A DNA stretch of 37,400 bases from Macrostomum lignano. Lineage: Eukaryota. Below the pieces are notes generated by a model. That model ran no database searches and was not told the DNA's origin. It was given only the letters and a program-made list of their open reading frames with translations. The number at the start of each line of letters is the position of its first letter. Positions within the stretch are counted from its first letter, which is position 1. The DNA is taken from contig NIVC01001575.1 in assembly GCA_002269645.1 (NCBI GenBank), forward strand, positions 1-37,400, written 5' to 3'. The position numbers and the translations under genes are program-made. Positions 36,146 through 37,400 of the stretch are shown piece by piece.

Positions 36146-36740
36146 CTAGGCACCGTGAGCTTTGTATCCCTAGGATAGATGACCAACGCCAGGTCCTTGG
36201 TGACACACACGGGCTGACAGCATCCCTCAATGTCCACGTAGCAGGTAACAGTCAGGTAGACTCGCTCGCCCGTAGGCGTGACAGTATTTAGAAGTGGACT
36301 CTCGTGCAGCGAGCTGTCCCAAGACGCTTCGAACCGAGTGTAGACTCGCTCGTCACCTTCCAAGCCGCTACTAGTACCCGACTGACTGGACGAAAGATTG
36401 CCAGCCGGAATCAGGCTCAACGATTGAACTCGCGACTGCGTCTCACCGGACGCGTCCAGGCCCGAGTCGAGCGAGTCGCGGACCCGACCGACCACGAGTT
36501 CGCGAGCTTCGCGTACTGCAGCCTCCGGCGGTCCGGGCTCGTGGGCCAGAGTGACGCCCAGTCTGCGCTGCAGACCGTGACGCAGCAGGAAGACACCCTG
36601 GCAGGGAGCGTCTTCCGAATGGTCGACAGCAACAGGCGTGTAGTCTCCGGTTGGCGCCAGTTCCAGCATTTCAAAGCTGGCTAGCAGGTCGAAACGAGTA
36701 TGCAAAATTACGGACGAATCGTAAATTGATTTGGTCAGTA
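36146..36740 (-). CDS. unc-104: KIF1A/UNC-104 exon, DUF3694 region (RFDLLASFEMLEL...FEASWDSSLHESPLLNTVTP...)
   Basis: Matches the KIF1 motifs YDLLVxFEICEL, GxFLLHQGIQRR and FEAAWDSSMHNSxLLNRVTP. Donor AG|GTAAGC at 36145. The 5' boundary is uncertain: frame closes at the TAA near 36742, and the nearest AG is at 36741-42. Confidence 0.93.
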
Positions 36741-37130
36741 CTTAGTTTGTCGTACTTTAAGTCCAAACAGACTATGAGGGTAAAAAATTAAACTGCAACC
36801 GTTTAGACACGACTAATGAAGCCCATTGTAACATTTGCCTAAATAAATTTGTTAGCTCGCTAAAGGTTATCATGACCATTGAATGCGTCTTGGAGTCAAA
36901 AAATCCAAAAATGTGCTAATTATATCATTGAAGGCGCCATGGGCAGCATAAAGGTCCTCTAAGGTGTTCAGGAGTCTCATAAAGAATATCTAGATATACG
37001 TCATTGAGTTCCGTGTTGCTTTCAATTCATTATCAAATAAATTTCGGACATTCGACTCTCGTTTAGGCATTTTTTATCGATTATCGTAATTTTCCGCATG
37101 GATCTCGACTGAAAATGTATTAGATGTCCT

Positions 37131-37162
37131 AACTACCAATCTAGTGCCCCCCTTCGGGGCGG
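37131..37162 (-). mobile_element. Helitron-like 3' end; element body probably continues past the window end
   Basis: Minus strand reads ccgCCCCGAAGGGGggcactagattgGTAGt. Shares gagcaaaaatt nearby with the 29813 copy. Confidence 0.5.
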
Positions 37163-37400
37163 TTGATAAACAAAGAGCAAAAATTCAAAATTCAAAAATT
37201 TGCAATTCCGTTAAAAAAGCACATTTTCTTAGGAACCAATTCATTCTTCAGTTTTATAAATCACCTTATTCAAGCAAAATTGTCACGGGCAAAAATGTTT
37301 GCTATAAATCTCTCTTTTCTAAAAGTAACAAAAGGAAGCTACAAAAAAGCCTTTACTAAGATAGCAGGCATTCCCCCTAAATAGAAAAAGCATCCCACAG

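Noticed and set aside
36741-36772. Stronger acceptor ttttttaccctcatag upstream of the unc-104 DUF3694 exon
   Set aside because: Using it puts in-frame TAA stops before the conserved region. It would need another frameshift, and the KLST resemblance to KIF1A in an alternative frame is too short to trust.

Overview
Eukaryotic (animal) genomic DNA, not prokaryotic. It has spliceosomal GT-AG introns, kb-scale micro- and minisatellites, and proteins with poly-Ala/Gln/Gly inserts. The overall style resembles a repeat-rich flatworm genome such as Macrostomum (inference only). Two spliced minus-strand genes can be rebuilt by hand. (1) The 3' part of a kinesin-3 unc-104/KIF1A gene at about 33034-36740, covering the DUF3694 region, stalk and C-terminal PH domain, with an unexplained -1 frame discontinuity just before the PH domain. 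(2) A tandem-PDZ protein with low-complexity N- and C-terminal regions (exons 16386-16997, 15769-15941, 8970-9051, 5996-6735 and possibly 3463-3511), whose introns are packed with different satellites. The rest comprises about 15 tandem arrays and several small non-autonomous DNA elements: a 536-bp foldback/MULE-like element with a 9-bp TSD, a 478-bp long-TIR MITE, a 230-bp Harbinger-like MITE inserted into a tandem array, and three Helitron-like 3' ends. Two cross-cutting patterns stand out: an 8-mer CCATAGAC/GTCTATGG present 19 times across unrelated elements, and several 15/30-bp-period arrays sharing an AGAATC core. Most long ORFs in the supplied track are repeat artefacts. No rRNA, intact tRNA or CRISPR array was seen. 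All homology calls are from recalled family motifs, not from database searches.
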